DNA of 64,000 bases from Candidatus Micrarchaeota archaeon (GTDB lineage: Archaea; Micrarchaeota; Micrarchaeia; Burarchaeales; Fermentimicrarchaeaceae), in contig JACCLF010000047.1 in the NCBI GenBank assembly GCA_013425405.1, positions 3,252 through 67,251 of the forward strand, read 5' to 3'. Under the pieces are notes generated by a model. The model was not told where the DNA came from and did no database searches. It saw only the letters and a list, made by a program, of their open reading frames with translations. Below are positions 1 through 9,489 of the stretch, piece after piece. The position numbers were made by a program, and so were the translations under genes. Position 1 is the first letter of the stretch, and every line of letters starts with the position of its first letter.

Positions 1-2512
1 TTGTTCCCACAATGCAAGGCACGCCCATCTCCCTGCTTACAATTGCTGCATGGCAGTTCCTGACAAGGATGGGCGTATACATTTTTGTGAAGACGACATA
101 ATTATGGTTCTCCTCAACTTCAATGTTGTAAACGTCGTTTTCACCCAGTTCTTCACCCATTTCTACTCTCAGCATTCGCAGGTCAGATTCTATAACCCTC
201 TCAATCTCTCGCCTAACGTTTCCATTCGCTAAGGGGAGTATGTGTCTCTCTATTTTTCTTGAATCCAGCAACAAATTCCCCTCGACATACGGCTTAATCC
301 TCCCTTTGTAGTTCACCTCGTCTATAATATCTCCCAAAACTTGTTTCGCGGCAAACAGCTTTGTCCCATTTTTCTTATCCCCCGCTTCTCCCTTTATTCT
401 TTTCGAGTAGTCCATCAGTTTCTGCAATCTATCAACAATCTGGATGTTATAGCAGCTTCCCCTTTGAATGCTCAGCTGCGGCATCATGCCCAATCTCAGA
501 CATGCTATTACAATACCCTGCGCCAGTTTCTCATCACCCGTATAAATATGCAGTCTGTTTCTATCAGCACCTATGCTCCCATCCCCATCCAAAACTCCTG
601 CGAGGAAGTTGTACAAGGAGTTTTCATTCAAAGACAGAGTCCATTCGCAAAGCTCCCTCTCCATCTGAGCAAACTTCTGTGCTGGTTCCTTCTTGCTGCA
701 TGTGAAATCCGTAGCAGTGCCAATAACCCTCTCTCCACTTCTGCTCAGTATCCCGTTTGAAACCTTCTCCCTCTCGCTGGTGAAACCATACCCAAACACA
801 TCCTCAAAGCAGTCTTTTACAGAGTCTATAAACTCTGCTTTCTCTGGCGTTTCCTTTTGAGTAAATGTAACTCTCCCATGCCTTGCATCAAAACTGTAGT
901 AGCCATCTGTAAACATTGCTCCTGCCAAGTAGGATAGGCTTGTTTGATTTGAGATGTTGTTTACCTTGGGAATTCTGTCCACTGCGCAAGCCATCTCCCC
1001 CCTCTCAAGCATATCAGACAACTTTCTCCCAACCAATTTTCTCCCCTCAAATGTCAGCATTTTGTGGTCAGGAGTCAAATCCAGCGAATTCTGCTTTGAG
1101 TTGCCGCTCTGCGAAATACGGACTCTCCACACCGGAGCTGCCCTCTTGAATGCATTCACCACAGGCTTCCACTCAGATTTAAGGCTGGCTTCATCAACTG
1201 AGAGCACACGCAACTCTCTTCCCTCCCTGACACTCTCATAGACTTCCTTCATTTTCATGAATCCCTTGTCTGTCAGTACCTTTGTATCCCCAGCAAAGCA
1301 AGTGGCCCCACCTGAATTCGTGACTATTGCAGCTGCTTTCTTCATTGCAGGCACATAATCCGGCGAGGTCATCTCGGTTACAAGTATCTCGCCCTTCTCC
1401 ATCTTGTCAATGTCTTTTGCTGTCGGAATCAGCTTCACCTTTCCCACAGCAACTCCGGGACTTGCGCCCGAGCCTCTCAGAATTATCTCCGCATTTGCAA
1501 CAGCTGTTGCCGCCTCTCCCACAGTCTCACCCCCTCCTTTCTTCAAAGTTGTAATGGGTCTGCTTTGAACTATGAAAATCTCCCCTTTGGAAACCGCCCA
1601 CTCGATATCCTGGGGCCATCCATAATGATTCTCAATCTCCTTTCCATACTTTGCAAGTTCGACAATCTCCTTGTCGGTTATCTTCTGCTTCTCCTGCATC
1701 TCCGGCTTGATATTCACGTGCTCGTTTTTCCCGTTAATCTTTGTTATCATCCAAGTCTGCTTCGCAATGTTCCTCTCAACTATCTCCATAACATCCTTCT
1801 GCACTACATACCCGTCTGGAGTGATAGAGCCCGAAACAACGATCTCGCCAAGTCCATAGCCCGCCTCAACGCTTATCCTGTTCGGGTCGTTGGTTATGGG
1901 GTCGCTTGTGAACATAACTCCGGCTTTCTCAGACTGAACCATCTCTTGAACCACTGCAGACAACCCCACTTTGAGGTGGTCAAAGCCCTTCTCCTGCCTG
2001 TAGTATATCGCCCTGCTCCCAAAAAGAGAGGCCCAGCACATCTGGACTGCTTTGACTACGTCGTCAGCACCCTTTATGTTCAGGTATGTTTCCTGCTGCC
2101 CTGCAAAACTCGCCTCTGGCAAATCTTCAGCAGTTGCCGAGCTCCTTACGGCGACGTATTTCTCCTGGGACTCACTGGGCATAACATCAACGCCGCAGAG
2201 TTTGTTGTATGCTTTTATTATGTCCGTCCTTATGGAATCAGGAACTCTTGCCGAGAGTATCAACGCCTTTATCTCATCGCTCACAGCATTAAGCTTCGCA
2301 GTGTTCTGCACGTCAAGGTTTTGAGTAATTTTTGCTATTGCTTTGTCAATCCCATTCGTCTTAATAAACGTGAAATACGCATCGCTTGTTGTGCAGAAAC
2401 CATTCGGAACAGGAAAACCTGCACCCGCCATCTCTCCAAGGTTGGCTCCTTTCCCGCCCACCTTTCCCACGTCTTCTTTGCCTATCTGAGAAAACCAAAG
2501 CACATTCTCCAT
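1..2512 (-). CDS. ppsA: Phosphoenolpyruvate synthase, 3'-truncated by the window edge, carrying an in-frame intein
   Basis: Hand translation of the minus strand from ATG 2512-2510 gives MENVLWFSQIGKEDVGKVGGKGANLGEMAGAGFPVPNGF... The frame stays open to nt 2 with no stop in the window, so it is absent from the ORF track. The phosphohistidine motif is split as ...TNSGGAT / intein / CHAAIVSREMGVPCIVGT. Confidence 0.9.
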   Translation of the reverse strand, partial: MENVLWFSQIGKEDVGKVGGKGANLGEMAGAGFPVPNGFCTTSDAYFTFIKTNGIDKAIAKITQNLDVQNTAKLNAVSDEIKALILSARVPDSIRTDIIKAYNKLCGVDVMPSESQEKYVAVRSSATAEDLPEASFAGQQETYLNIKGADDVVKAVQMCWASLFGSRAIYYRQEKGFDHLKVGLSAVVQEMVQSEKAGVMFTSDPITNDPNRISVEAGYGLGEIVVSGSITPDGYVVQKDVMEIVERNIAKQTWMITKINGKNEHVNIKPEMQEKQKITDKEIVELAKYGKEIENHYGWPQDIEWAVSKGEIFIVQSRPITTLKKGGGETVGEAATAVANAEIILRGSGASPGVAVGKVKLIPTAKDIDKMEKGEILVTEMTSPDYVPAMKKAAAIVTNSGGATCFAGDTKVLTDKGFMKMKEVYESVREGRELRVLSVDEASLKSEWKPVVNAFKRAAPVWRVRISQSGNSKQNSLDLTPDHKMLTFEGRKLVGRKLSDMLERGEMACAVDRIPKVNNISNQTSLSYLAGAMFTDGYYSFDARHGRVTFTQKETPEKAEFIDSVKDCFEDVFGYGFTSEREKVSNGILSRSGERVIGTATDFTCSKKEPAQKFAQMERELCEWTLSLNENSLYNFLAGVLDGDGSIGADRNRLHIYTGDEKLAQGIVIACLRLGMMPQLSIQRGSCYNIQIVDRLQKLMDYSKRIKGEAGDKKNGTKLFAAKQVLGDIIDEVNYKGRIKPYVEGNLLLDSRKIERHILPLANGNVRREIERVIESDLRMLRVEMGEELGENDVYNIEVEENHNYVVFTKMYTPILVRNCHAAIVSREMGVPCIVGT
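56..1300 (-). mobile_element. Intein (415 codons) with LAGLIDADG homing-endonuclease domain inside ppsA
   Basis: Begins CFAGDTKVLT (block A) and has TPDHKM (block B). Two LAGLIDADG motifs are present: LSYLAGAMFTDGYY (nt ~896-929) and LYNFLAGVLDGDGSI (nt ~575-604). Block F is VYNIEVEENHNYVV. It ends PILVRN, followed by the +1 Cys of CHAAIV. Confidence 0.85.
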
Positions 2513-2537
2513 TCATACACCTCCAAACAGAATGCAA

Positions 2538-3062
2538 TCAACTGAGTGCAATCGTATTAACATGATACGCTCCTGACAGCTTCCGGGTAGCCCTTTTCAT
2601 AGCCTCCTTGACGATTTCGAAATCCTTCTTCATGAACCTAATCATAAAAATCTTCTGGTTTGTCTTTATCCTCGCAGCCCTGTCGTTTGCCCTTCCAAAT
2701 GATTTGGCCATTCCCCTCTGCAATCTGTCTGCTCCTGCCCCCACTATCATTTTATTTTCTCTTATTACATTGTGGGGGAATATAAGAACCCTGAAGTAGT
2801 AGTTGCCTGGTATCTGCTTCTCAATGTATTTGTTGGTTGCCTGCCTTGCCGCTTCTATGGAGTTGTCCCTCAGCTGGATTGGGCCACCAGATACGAGGTC
2901 AATCTCCATCTCGTAATTCTTGCCGGCATCTCCCATATTGAAAATCTGAATAGCATTGTGCGGCAATGCCTTTACGAAAGACTTCCTGGGTCTCTTCTTT
3001 GAGAACCTTGTCCAGGAAACTTTTCCAACATCTCTGCACGTATGCGCAGGTCTCAAGCCCAT
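2538..3062 (-). CDS. rpl10e: Ribosomal protein L10e (uL16)
   Basis: MGLRPAHTCRDVGKVSWTRFSKKRPRKSF...GADRLQRGM is typical of L10e. Start moved to Met4 of the track ORF. Confidence 0.9.
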   Translation of the reverse strand: MGLRPAHTCRDVGKVSWTRFSKKRPRKSFVKALPHNAIQIFNMGDAGKNYEMEIDLVSGGPIQLRDNSIEAARQATNKYIEKQIPGNYYFRVLIFPHNVIRENKMIVGAGADRLQRGMAKSFGRANDRAARIKTNQKIFMIRFMKKDFEIVKEAMKRATRKLSGAYHVNTIALS

Positions 3063-3139
3063 ACAAAACACCTAAAGTCGGAATAAAATTTTAGAAGTGA
3101 AAGCTTAAAAGCATTGCCCTTTTTACTTCTCAGATTCAA

Positions 3140-4063
3140 TCATCCAACAAGCTCCTCCAGCATCTGGCATCTCATACATACTTCATGAGAGCTCAGCTCT
3201 CCGCATTGCTTGCATCTCATCGGAGTTTCATCACTATTAAACTTTTCTCTCAATGCGCCTTTAACGCTCATGAAGCTGTTGAAAACCCTGAATTTCGTGC
3301 CCGGGAACTTCTCCTCCAGCTCATTGAGGAAAATCCTCACATCATTCCTGAATGCTTCATGCGCATAGGGGCATCTCCCAAACTTGATATTCATACCTTT
3401 TATTATTGAGTAAACAGCAACCTCCCTCTCAGGAATTCTCATCAGAGGCTTTATTCTGTCAACAAAGAACTCACTCTTTACTATACCTCCCGCAGGCCCG
3501 AACCTCGCCAGCCTGAAAGGCTCATTTCTCAGGAAATTCATCAGAACAGTCTGCGCTGCATCATCCAAGTTGTGCCCAACAGCAAGCTTGTTCAAACCCA
3601 TCTCCCTTGCGGACTTGTTGAGAATCCACCTCCTGAAAACTCCGCAGTAGCTGCATGTTCCCCTCCTTTCCTCTCTCTTGGCAATCTCGTCAACAGTGAT
3701 GCCAACTTCCTTTTTGAATGTGAGTATTCTATGCTCCACTCCTAGCTTCTTGCAGTTTTCCTTTGCAACACTGAGAGTCGTTTCTCTGTATCTTTTTATC
3801 CCCTCGTCAACAGAGAGAGCAACGAGAGGGACTCTCATGCTCCCGCAAATATCTTTCAGTATATGCAGCATTGACATGCTGTCCTTGCCACCTGAAACTG
3901 CAACTCCTATCCTGTCCCCCTTCTCAATCATTTTGAATTCCCGCACTGTCCTGCGCACTCTCTTCTCAAAGCTCTCAACAAAGTGCTTCTTACATAGGTT
4001 TTCATTCCCATAGGGAAGATATACTGCTGCTATCCCGTTGCATTTTGAACAGCTAACCTCCAT
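3140..4063 (-). CDS. ttuA: tRNA 2-thiolation PP-loop ATPase (TtuA/NcsA family)
   Basis: PP-loop SGGKDS. N-terminal CSKC...CKKH and C-terminal CKQCG...CMRC zinc fingers. Start set at MEVSCSKC because the longer track ORF overlaps the upstream gene. Confidence 0.8.
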   Translation of the reverse strand: MEVSCSKCNGIAAVYLPYGNENLCKKHFVESFEKRVRRTVREFKMIEKGDRIGVAVSGGKDSMSMLHILKDICGSMRVPLVALSVDEGIKRYRETTLSVAKENCKKLGVEHRILTFKKEVGITVDEIAKREERRGTCSYCGVFRRWILNKSAREMGLNKLAVGHNLDDAAQTVLMNFLRNEPFRLARFGPAGGIVKSEFFVDRIKPLMRIPEREVAVYSIIKGMNIKFGRCPYAHEAFRNDVRIFLNELEEKFPGTKFRVFNSFMSVKGALREKFNSDETPMRCKQCGELSSHEVCMRCQMLEELVG

Positions 4064-4274
4064 ACACCACACCAAATATCTCAATTCTGTCATGTCCGCC
4101 AACTTTCTCAAGCTCGGAAACCAGTTCCCCATTTTTTCTTGCCAAATGCGTTTCTCTGTTAACCCCCATCCAATGCATCAAATCGAGCACATTCATGCCT
4201 TTTTCCAGCTTAATTTTCACATATTTTCCGTTTAGCCTGACTTTAAAAGAGTCCATGCATTCATTTAAATACAT
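4053..4274 (-). CDS. ThiS/MoaD-like ubiquitin-fold sulfur carrier ending in Gly-Gly
   Basis: 73 aa ending ...IEIFGVVYGG. Lies immediately upstream of, and overlapping, the TtuA-like gene. Confidence 0.7.
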   Translation of the reverse strand: MYLNECMDSFKVRLNGKYVKIKLEKGMNVLDLMHWMGVNRETHLARKNGELVSELEKVGGHDRIEIFGVVYGG

Positions 4275-4321
4275 AATTCTTTAAAAGGACAGAAGGAGGT
4301 TTTTTTTGAAGGTGTATCGAT

Positions 4322-4831
4322 ATGGGATTCTACAAGCTCGTTAAAAAGACATTTGAAGCGGAGCGCAAGCAACGTTCCCCTTTATACAAAGCAAGACTAA
4401 TTAAGTGGAGAAAGACGGGGACAGTGGAGAGAGTCGAAAGGCCAACCAACATAGCCCGAGCCAGGGAGCTTGGCTACAAGGCAAAGCAGGGCGTTGTAGT
4501 CGCCCGTGTGAAGGTGGGAAGAGGCAGAAGAAAAAGGCCCAAGCCCGACCTGGGGAGAAAACCCTCCAAATCCGGCAGATTCTTCTCTCCTGGAAAGTCC
4601 CTCCAGAGGATTGCGGAGGAGAAAGCATCAACGAAATTCCCAAATCTTGAGGTTCTCAACTCCTACTGGGTTGGTGAGGACGGGAACTTCAAATACTTTG
4701 AGGTTCTGCTCTTTGATACCAGCCACCCCGCGATAAAAAATGACAGGTCATTTTCATCCCTGATTGGACAGAGGGGAAGAGCCTACAGAGGTCTCACCAG
4801 CGCGGGTAAGAAAGGCAGAGCATATGTTTGA
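4322..4831 (+). CDS. rpl15e: Ribosomal protein L15e
   Basis: [31 protein letters not shown]...[23 protein letters not shown] is typical of L15e. Confidence 0.9.
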   Translation: MGFYKLVKKTFEAERKQRSPLYKARLIKWRKTGTVERVERPTNIARARELGYKAKQGVVVARVKVGRGRRKRPKPDLGRKPSKSGRFFSPGKSLQRIAEEKASTKFPNLEVLNSYWVGEDGNFKYFEVLLFDTSHPAIKNDRSFSSLIGQRGRAYRGLTSAGKKGRAYV

Positions 4832-4863
4832 AAGTTTGCGGCTGTGCTGCAGGAGGTATCAGC

Positions 4864-5769
4864 ATGTGGGTGAGCAAAAGGAGAAGGATAATTGATTTGG
4901 CAACCAAGGAAGTTATTACTGCTGCCCCGAATACCACGATCAAAGCACTGTGCGACCTCATGATAAAGACTGGGAAGAGGAAAATACCCATAGTCGACTC
5001 ATTGGTCCACCTCAAGGGAATAGTAACCAGCACCGACCTTATAAACTATTTCGGCGGCGGGGACAAGTACTTCATAATAGAGAAGGATTACAAGGACAAC
5101 TTCCTCAGCGGAGTAAACGCCCCAGCTTCGAAAATCATGACCCGTGAAGTCCTCTTCGTTAATGAAGATGAGCCGGTGCCGTCCGTTGCTGATGTGATGC
5201 TCAACCAGTATTTTGGAGGCTTGCCGATTCTTGACAAGGATGTGAAGCTTGTTGGCATTGTGACCGAGCAGGATTTCATACGCCCTCTCGCAGGAGAGAA
5301 GCTCAATTTTCCCGCCAGAAACGCCATGAGCAAGAAAGTCATAACGGTGACGCCAAACACAGCAATAAAGGATGTGACAAGAATAATGTGCGGCAACCAG
5401 CTCAGGAGGCTTCCAGTTGTAAGCGAGCACAAGATTGTTGGCATGGTGCGTTCATACGACATACTCAAGTTCATAAGCGACGCCGAGTTCGCCAAGTTCC
5501 ATACCTCCAAAGCAGAAGTTATACTAAATGAAATATCCAGCAATGTCATGAGCAAGGACATATACACCATAGATGAGGAGCTTGACCTCGGAGAGGTGAT
5601 ACACCTCTTCAAGAAGAAGAGGGTCGGCGGGTTCCCAGTTATCAAAGGCGATAAGCTTCTGGGGATAATCACCGAGAGGGATGTCTTCAGGGCGATATAC
5701 GCAACCCTCAAGATGCAGTTCCCCAAGAAATTCAATGAGATAGTCTTCACGCTCTTCCACAAGAAGTGA
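4864..5769 (+). CDS. CBS-domain protein (four tandem CBS motifs)
   Basis: Repeated CBS signatures (KIPIVD...GIVTSTDL, GGLPILD...GIVTEQDF, RRLPVV...GMVRSYDI, GGFPVI...GIITERDV). ATG at 4864 is preceded by GGAGGT. Confidence 0.8.
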   Translation: MWVSKRRRIIDLATKEVITAAPNTTIKALCDLMIKTGKRKIPIVDSLVHLKGIVTSTDLINYFGGGDKYFIIEKDYKDNFLSGVNAPASKIMTREVLFVNEDEPVPSVADVMLNQYFGGLPILDKDVKLVGIVTEQDFIRPLAGEKLNFPARNAMSKKVITVTPNTAIKDVTRIMCGNQLRRLPVVSEHKIVGMVRSYDILKFISDAEFAKFHTSKAEVILNEISSNVMSKDIYTIDEELDLGEVIHLFKKKRVGGFPVIKGDKLLGIITERDVFRAIYATLKMQFPKKFNEIVFTLFHKK

Positions 5770-5776
5770 GCTTCCC

Positions 5777-6322
5777 ATGCCCGAATACTATGACTTGGAT
5801 GTGCGCTTCTGGGAGGCAGGCTTGGAGAGCTATGCAAGCTCCCTTGGCTTCAAAAGCATATGCAGCTTTTCCCCCCAAGGCAATGGCATTGAAATAAAAA
5901 CCAGGGAAGAAGATGTACGATTCAAAAAAGACGGGAAAATCATTCTTGTTTCTTCAGATAACCCGGAAACCCTGAAAAAAGCATGCAAGAGGGATGCTGA
6001 CATGCTGCTCTTCCCCAGGTTCGTTCCAGATGTTGGTTTAGTGAGGGCAGCCGCGGAGAACAGGAAGCCATTTGAAATCCCCCTCTCGCTTCTGCTGGAG
6101 AGAAGGGGTGCAGAAAGAGCATTTCTTATTTCAAGGATGAGAGTCTTCCTACGGCTCTGCAACAAGTACGGGGCGGATTTCATAATCGCCAGCGGCGCCT
6201 CAGGCAGACTTTCCATGAAGTCTCCCGGCGAGCTTACTGCCGTTGGAGAGGCGCTCGGCCTGTCCCATGACCAAGCGGTAAAATCAATTTCAATGGTTCC
6301 GGAGTATATTCTCAAGAGATGA
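5777..6322 (+). CDS. rnp3: RNase P protein component 3 (Rpp30)
   Basis: 181 aa starting MPEYYDLDV. Occupies the Rpp30 position at the head of the exosome superoperon, directly before Pop5. Confidence 0.7.
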   Translation: MPEYYDLDVRFWEAGLESYASSLGFKSICSFSPQGNGIEIKTREEDVRFKKDGKIILVSSDNPETLKKACKRDADMLLFPRFVPDVGLVRAAAENRKPFEIPLSLLLERRGAERAFLISRMRVFLRLCNKYGADFIIASGASGRLSMKSPGELTAVGEALGLSHDQAVKSISMVPEYILKR

Positions 6323-6326
6323 TGCC

Positions 6327-6632
6327 ATGATTCCCACGATGAGAGAGAAAAGGAGGTACATCCACTTCAAGCTTGAGTGCAACCGCAGACTCAGCGAGAC
6401 CGAGGCAAAAGATGAGCTCTACAATGCAATCCTGTCATTTCTAGGAGAGCTGGGCTTTTCAAAAGCCAACCCGAGGCTTGTGGAATTCAATGACAACTCA
6501 GGAATTCTCATGTGCTGCAACCCAGAAGTTCAAAGGGTTAAAGCCGCCTTGGCGCTTGTTGACAAGATAAAGGGCGAGAATGGCTGCATAAGGGTTCTGA
6601 AAGTTTCTGGAATGATAGGCAAACTCCAGTAA
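6327..6632 (+). CDS. rnp2: RNase P protein component 2 (Pop5)
   Basis: REKRRYIHFKL N-terminus and ~100 aa length are typical of archaeal Pop5. Gene order fits. Confidence 0.75.
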   Translation: MIPTMREKRRYIHFKLECNRRLSETEAKDELYNAILSFLGELGFSKANPRLVEFNDNSGILMCCNPEVQRVKAALALVDKIKGENGCIRVLKVSGMIGKLQ

Positions 6633-6704
6633 GGAAAATTGGTAAGTATTTTAAACCTTAGATGTGAATTATATTCGTAGTGAGAGAGAAGAAGAGGTGA
6701 ATTA

Positions 6705-7415
6705 ATGTATCCGGTTTCTCCGCAAGCATACGACCGAGCTATAACCGTATTCAGCCCTGATGGAAGGCTCTTTCAAGTGGAATATGCCAAAGAGGCTGTG
6801 AGGAGAGGAGCCACGGCAATGGGTATTGTGTGCGCAGACGGCGTAATTCTTGTCGCGCACAAGAACATTGTCTCAAACCTTCTTGTGTTTGAATCAATGA
6901 AAAAAATATTCAAGATAGACAACCACCTAGCTGCGACTGCATCAGGTCTTGTTGCAGATGCCAGGAGGCTTGTCGATATGGCAAGGCTCGAGGCGCAGAG
7001 GCACAGGCTCCTGTACAATGAGCCCATGAGCGTTGAATCCGTCTCAAGGCATCTCTGCGACGCCATGCAGAGCTACACGCAGTACGGAGGAGTAAGGCCT
7101 TTTGGAGTTTCACTTCTCATAGCGGGAGTTGACAGCGAGCCCAGGCTGTATGAGGCTGAGCCAAGCGGCGCGCTCACTGGCTTCAAGGCTGATGCCATTG
7201 GGAGCGGAAAGAAGGAGGTTGACGAATTCTTCGAGAAGGAGTACAAGGACGGGCTCAGCATAGACGACGGCATAAGCCTTGCCATGAAAGCTCTCAAGAA
7301 GACAACCGACTCGAAGCTGAAGGCTGAGAATGTGGACATAGCAGAGATAACGAAAGGCAAGAAGCTCAAAGTGCTCTCTGATGAGGAAGTGAGCAAATAT
7401 CTCTCAAAGGCCTAG
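6705..7415 (+). CDS. psmA: Proteasome alpha subunit
   Basis: YDRAITVFSPDGRLFQVEYA signature. Confidence 0.95.
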   Translation: MYPVSPQAYDRAITVFSPDGRLFQVEYAKEAVRRGATAMGIVCADGVILVAHKNIVSNLLVFESMKKIFKIDNHLAATASGLVADARRLVDMARLEAQRHRLLYNEPMSVESVSRHLCDAMQSYTQYGGVRPFGVSLLIAGVDSEPRLYEAEPSGALTGFKADAIGSGKKEVDEFFEKEYKDGLSIDDGISLAMKALKKTTDSKLKAENVDIAEITKGKKLKVLSDEEVSKYLSKA

Positions 7416-7427
7416 TTGTGTGTTTTT

Positions 7428-8120
7428 ATGGTAAGCTTAGATAAGGCCATAACAGCCCGCTTGGAGACGCACGGGGAGAAATTTGAGATTCTGGTTGACC
7501 CAGACTTAGCTTATCTATTCAAAACTGGCAGCAAGAAGGACACCCTAAACCTGCTGGTTGTTGAGGAGATATTCACAGATGCTCGGAAGGCCGAGAGGCC
7601 TACCGCCGAGTCTTTGAAGAAGGCTTTCGGCACTACAGAAGTAATGAAAATAGCCGAAGTTATAATAAGGAAAGGTGACGTTCAGCTCACTACGGGGCAG
7701 AGAAAGACGATGGCTGAGGAGAAAAGAAGGAAGATTGTGGCAATTCTTGCAAGGGAGTGCATAGACCCCCGAACTGGCGCGCCGCACCCTCCCCAGAGAA
7801 TTGAGAAAGCTATGGAGGAGAGCAAGGTGCACATCGACCCATTCAAGGATGCAGAAATACAGCTGAACGAGGTTGTTGATGCGCTGAGGCCCATACTGCC
7901 CATGAAGTTCGAGAAGGTGAAGATTGCGGTGCGAGTTCCAGCAGAGTATGCCCCGAGAGCATTTGGCACTCTCAAGGAATACAACATCCAGAACGAGGAA
8001 TGGCAGTCAAACGGAAACCTGATAGTAGTTGTTGAGATGCCTGCGGGCCTGCAGGGTGAATTTTACGATAAGATAAACAAGATAACCTCCGGAAGTGTTG
8101 AGACAAAAATTTTGAAATGA
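7428..8120 (+). CDS. sdo1: SBDS-family ribosome maturation protein
   Basis: MVSLDKAITARLETHGEKFEILVDPDLA N-terminus. Conserved position between psmA and rrp4. Confidence 0.85.
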   Translation: MVSLDKAITARLETHGEKFEILVDPDLAYLFKTGSKKDTLNLLVVEEIFTDARKAERPTAESLKKAFGTTEVMKIAEVIIRKGDVQLTTGQRKTMAEEKRRKIVAILARECIDPRTGAPHPPQRIEKAMEESKVHIDPFKDAEIQLNEVVDALRPILPMKFEKVKIAVRVPAEYAPRAFGTLKEYNIQNEEWQSNGNLIVVVEMPAGLQGEFYDKINKITSGSVETKILK

Positions 8121-8133
8121 AGTGGTGATACAG

Positions 8134-8739
8134 ATGACTAGAATAGTTGTGCCTGGCGAGCTTGTTGCAAGCTCTCCACAGAGAATTGAGTTTGCATTCA
8201 TTGAGAACGGCAAGACTTACTCCTCAGTGCTAGGGCTTTTTGATGAGGCGAATCTGCGGGTGATACCCCTTGAAGGAGCCTACATGCCGGCGCAGTACGA
8301 CATCATTGTCGGAATTATCAACGAGGTCAAGTTTGCGGGCTATAACATTGACATAAACTCCCCGTACAAGGGATTCCTCTCTGCAAAGGATTCAAGATAC
8401 GAGTACAAGCTTGGCGATGTCATATCAGCAAAGATAGTGGAGGTTGACGAGGTCAAGAGTGTTAACCTTGAGGGCGCCAGGGCTCTGAGAGACGGCGAGA
8501 TTATAGAAATAAGCCCTGTCAAGATCCCAAGAGTCATAGGAAAGAAGAATTCCATGCTCGACATGATTAAGGAAGCAACAAAGAGCGAGATCTTTGTTGG
8601 CAAGAACGGCAGAATCTGGATACAGGGGGGGAACTCCGCCCTTGCGGCCAGAACCATACTGAAGGTTGAGAAGGAGGCGCATACAACCGGTTTAACCGAA
8701 AGAATCAGCGCTTTCCTGAAGGATGAAGTCAGCAGATAA
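8134..8739 (+). CDS. rrp4: Exosome RNA-binding subunit Rrp4 (S1 + KH)
   Basis: Position upstream of rrp41 and its length fit Rrp4. S1-like core then KH-like GKNGRIWI. ATG 8134 follows GGTGAT. Confidence 0.85.
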   Translation: MTRIVVPGELVASSPQRIEFAFIENGKTYSSVLGLFDEANLRVIPLEGAYMPAQYDIIVGIINEVKFAGYNIDINSPYKGFLSAKDSRYEYKLGDVISAKIVEVDEVKSVNLEGARALRDGEIIEISPVKIPRVIGKKNSMLDMIKEATKSEIFVGKNGRIWIQGGNSALAARTILKVEKEAHTTGLTERISAFLKDEVSR

Positions 8740-8750
8740 CTGGTGGTGAT

Positions 8751-9488
8751 ATGGAGAAACCCAAATTGATTATTGATGGAAAAAGAATCGACGGCAGATC
8801 TATGGACGAGCTGAGGCCTTTGAAGATTCAGGCGGGAGTGCTGAACAAGGCTGACGGCTCCGCCTATGTGGAGTGGGGCGGAAACAAGGTGCTTGCAGCT
8901 GTTTACGGGCCTAGGGAGTGCATCCCAAGGCATGACGCCAGCCCTTACAGGGCGATTATACACTGCAGATACCTCATGGCCCCGTTTTCAACTCTTGACG
9001 AGCACGGTAGGAGCGGGCCGAACAGGAGATCTACAGAAGTGTCAAAGGTGATAAAGGAAGTTTTTGAGAATGTCGTCATGACCGAAAAATTTCCAAAAAC
9101 TGCAATTGACATTTTCATAGAAGTGCTGCAGGCAGACGGGGGAACAAGATGCGCGGGCATAACTGCTGCAGCGGTTGCCCTTGCGGATGCAGGAATTCCA
9201 ATGAAGGACCTGCCCTGCGCTGTCGCAGTTGGCAAGATAGAAAATGAGATTGCTGTGGACTTTGGCAAGCTGGAGGATAATTACGGTGATGGCGATATGC
9301 CAATTGCCATTGCCCCGAGGAATAACGAGCTGCTGCTGCTTCAGATGGACGGAATGTTCACCAAGGATGAACTGAGGAAGGCACTTGAACTTGCATTCAA
9401 TGTTTTCCCGAAGATAAATGCCCTCCAGGTAGAGGCACTGAGGGCGCACTATGCCGTGAAGAAGGATGAATTGTCTAGAGGGGATTGA
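8751..9488 (+). CDS. rrp41: Exosome RNase PH subunit Rrp41
   Basis: RIDGRSMDELRPLKIQAGVLNKADGSAYVEWGGNKVLAAVYGPRE is an RNase PH domain. Confidence 0.9.
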   Translation: MEKPKLIIDGKRIDGRSMDELRPLKIQAGVLNKADGSAYVEWGGNKVLAAVYGPRECIPRHDASPYRAIIHCRYLMAPFSTLDEHGRSGPNRRSTEVSKVIKEVFENVVMTEKFPKTAIDIFIEVLQADGGTRCAGITAAAVALADAGIPMKDLPCAVAVGKIENEIAVDFGKLEDNYGDGDMPIAIAPRNNELLLLQMDGMFTKDELRKALELAFNVFPKINALQVEALRAHYAVKKDELSRGD

Positions 9489-9489
9489 A

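Noticed and set aside
341-2545. Plus-strand track ORFs (341-760, 954-1241, 1327-1554, 1565-2545 at 326 aa, 2052-2324).
   Set aside because: All are antisense to the continuous ppsA-plus-intein frame. Their products are low-complexity (Leu/Ser/Pro/Cys-rich) with no motifs. The minus-strand frame has clear PpsA and intein signatures.
5088-5837. 249-aa minus-strand ORF, plus similar long shadows at 8340-8963, 9576-10388, 13130-13876, 15247-15825, 28839-29507, 35012-35500 and 40795-41316.
   Set aside because: Each lies antisense to a gene with unambiguous motifs (CBS, Rrp4/41/42, PPP phosphatase, Mre11, membrane protein, metallophosphoesterase). They show shadow-ORF composition (Ser/Leu/Pro-rich).
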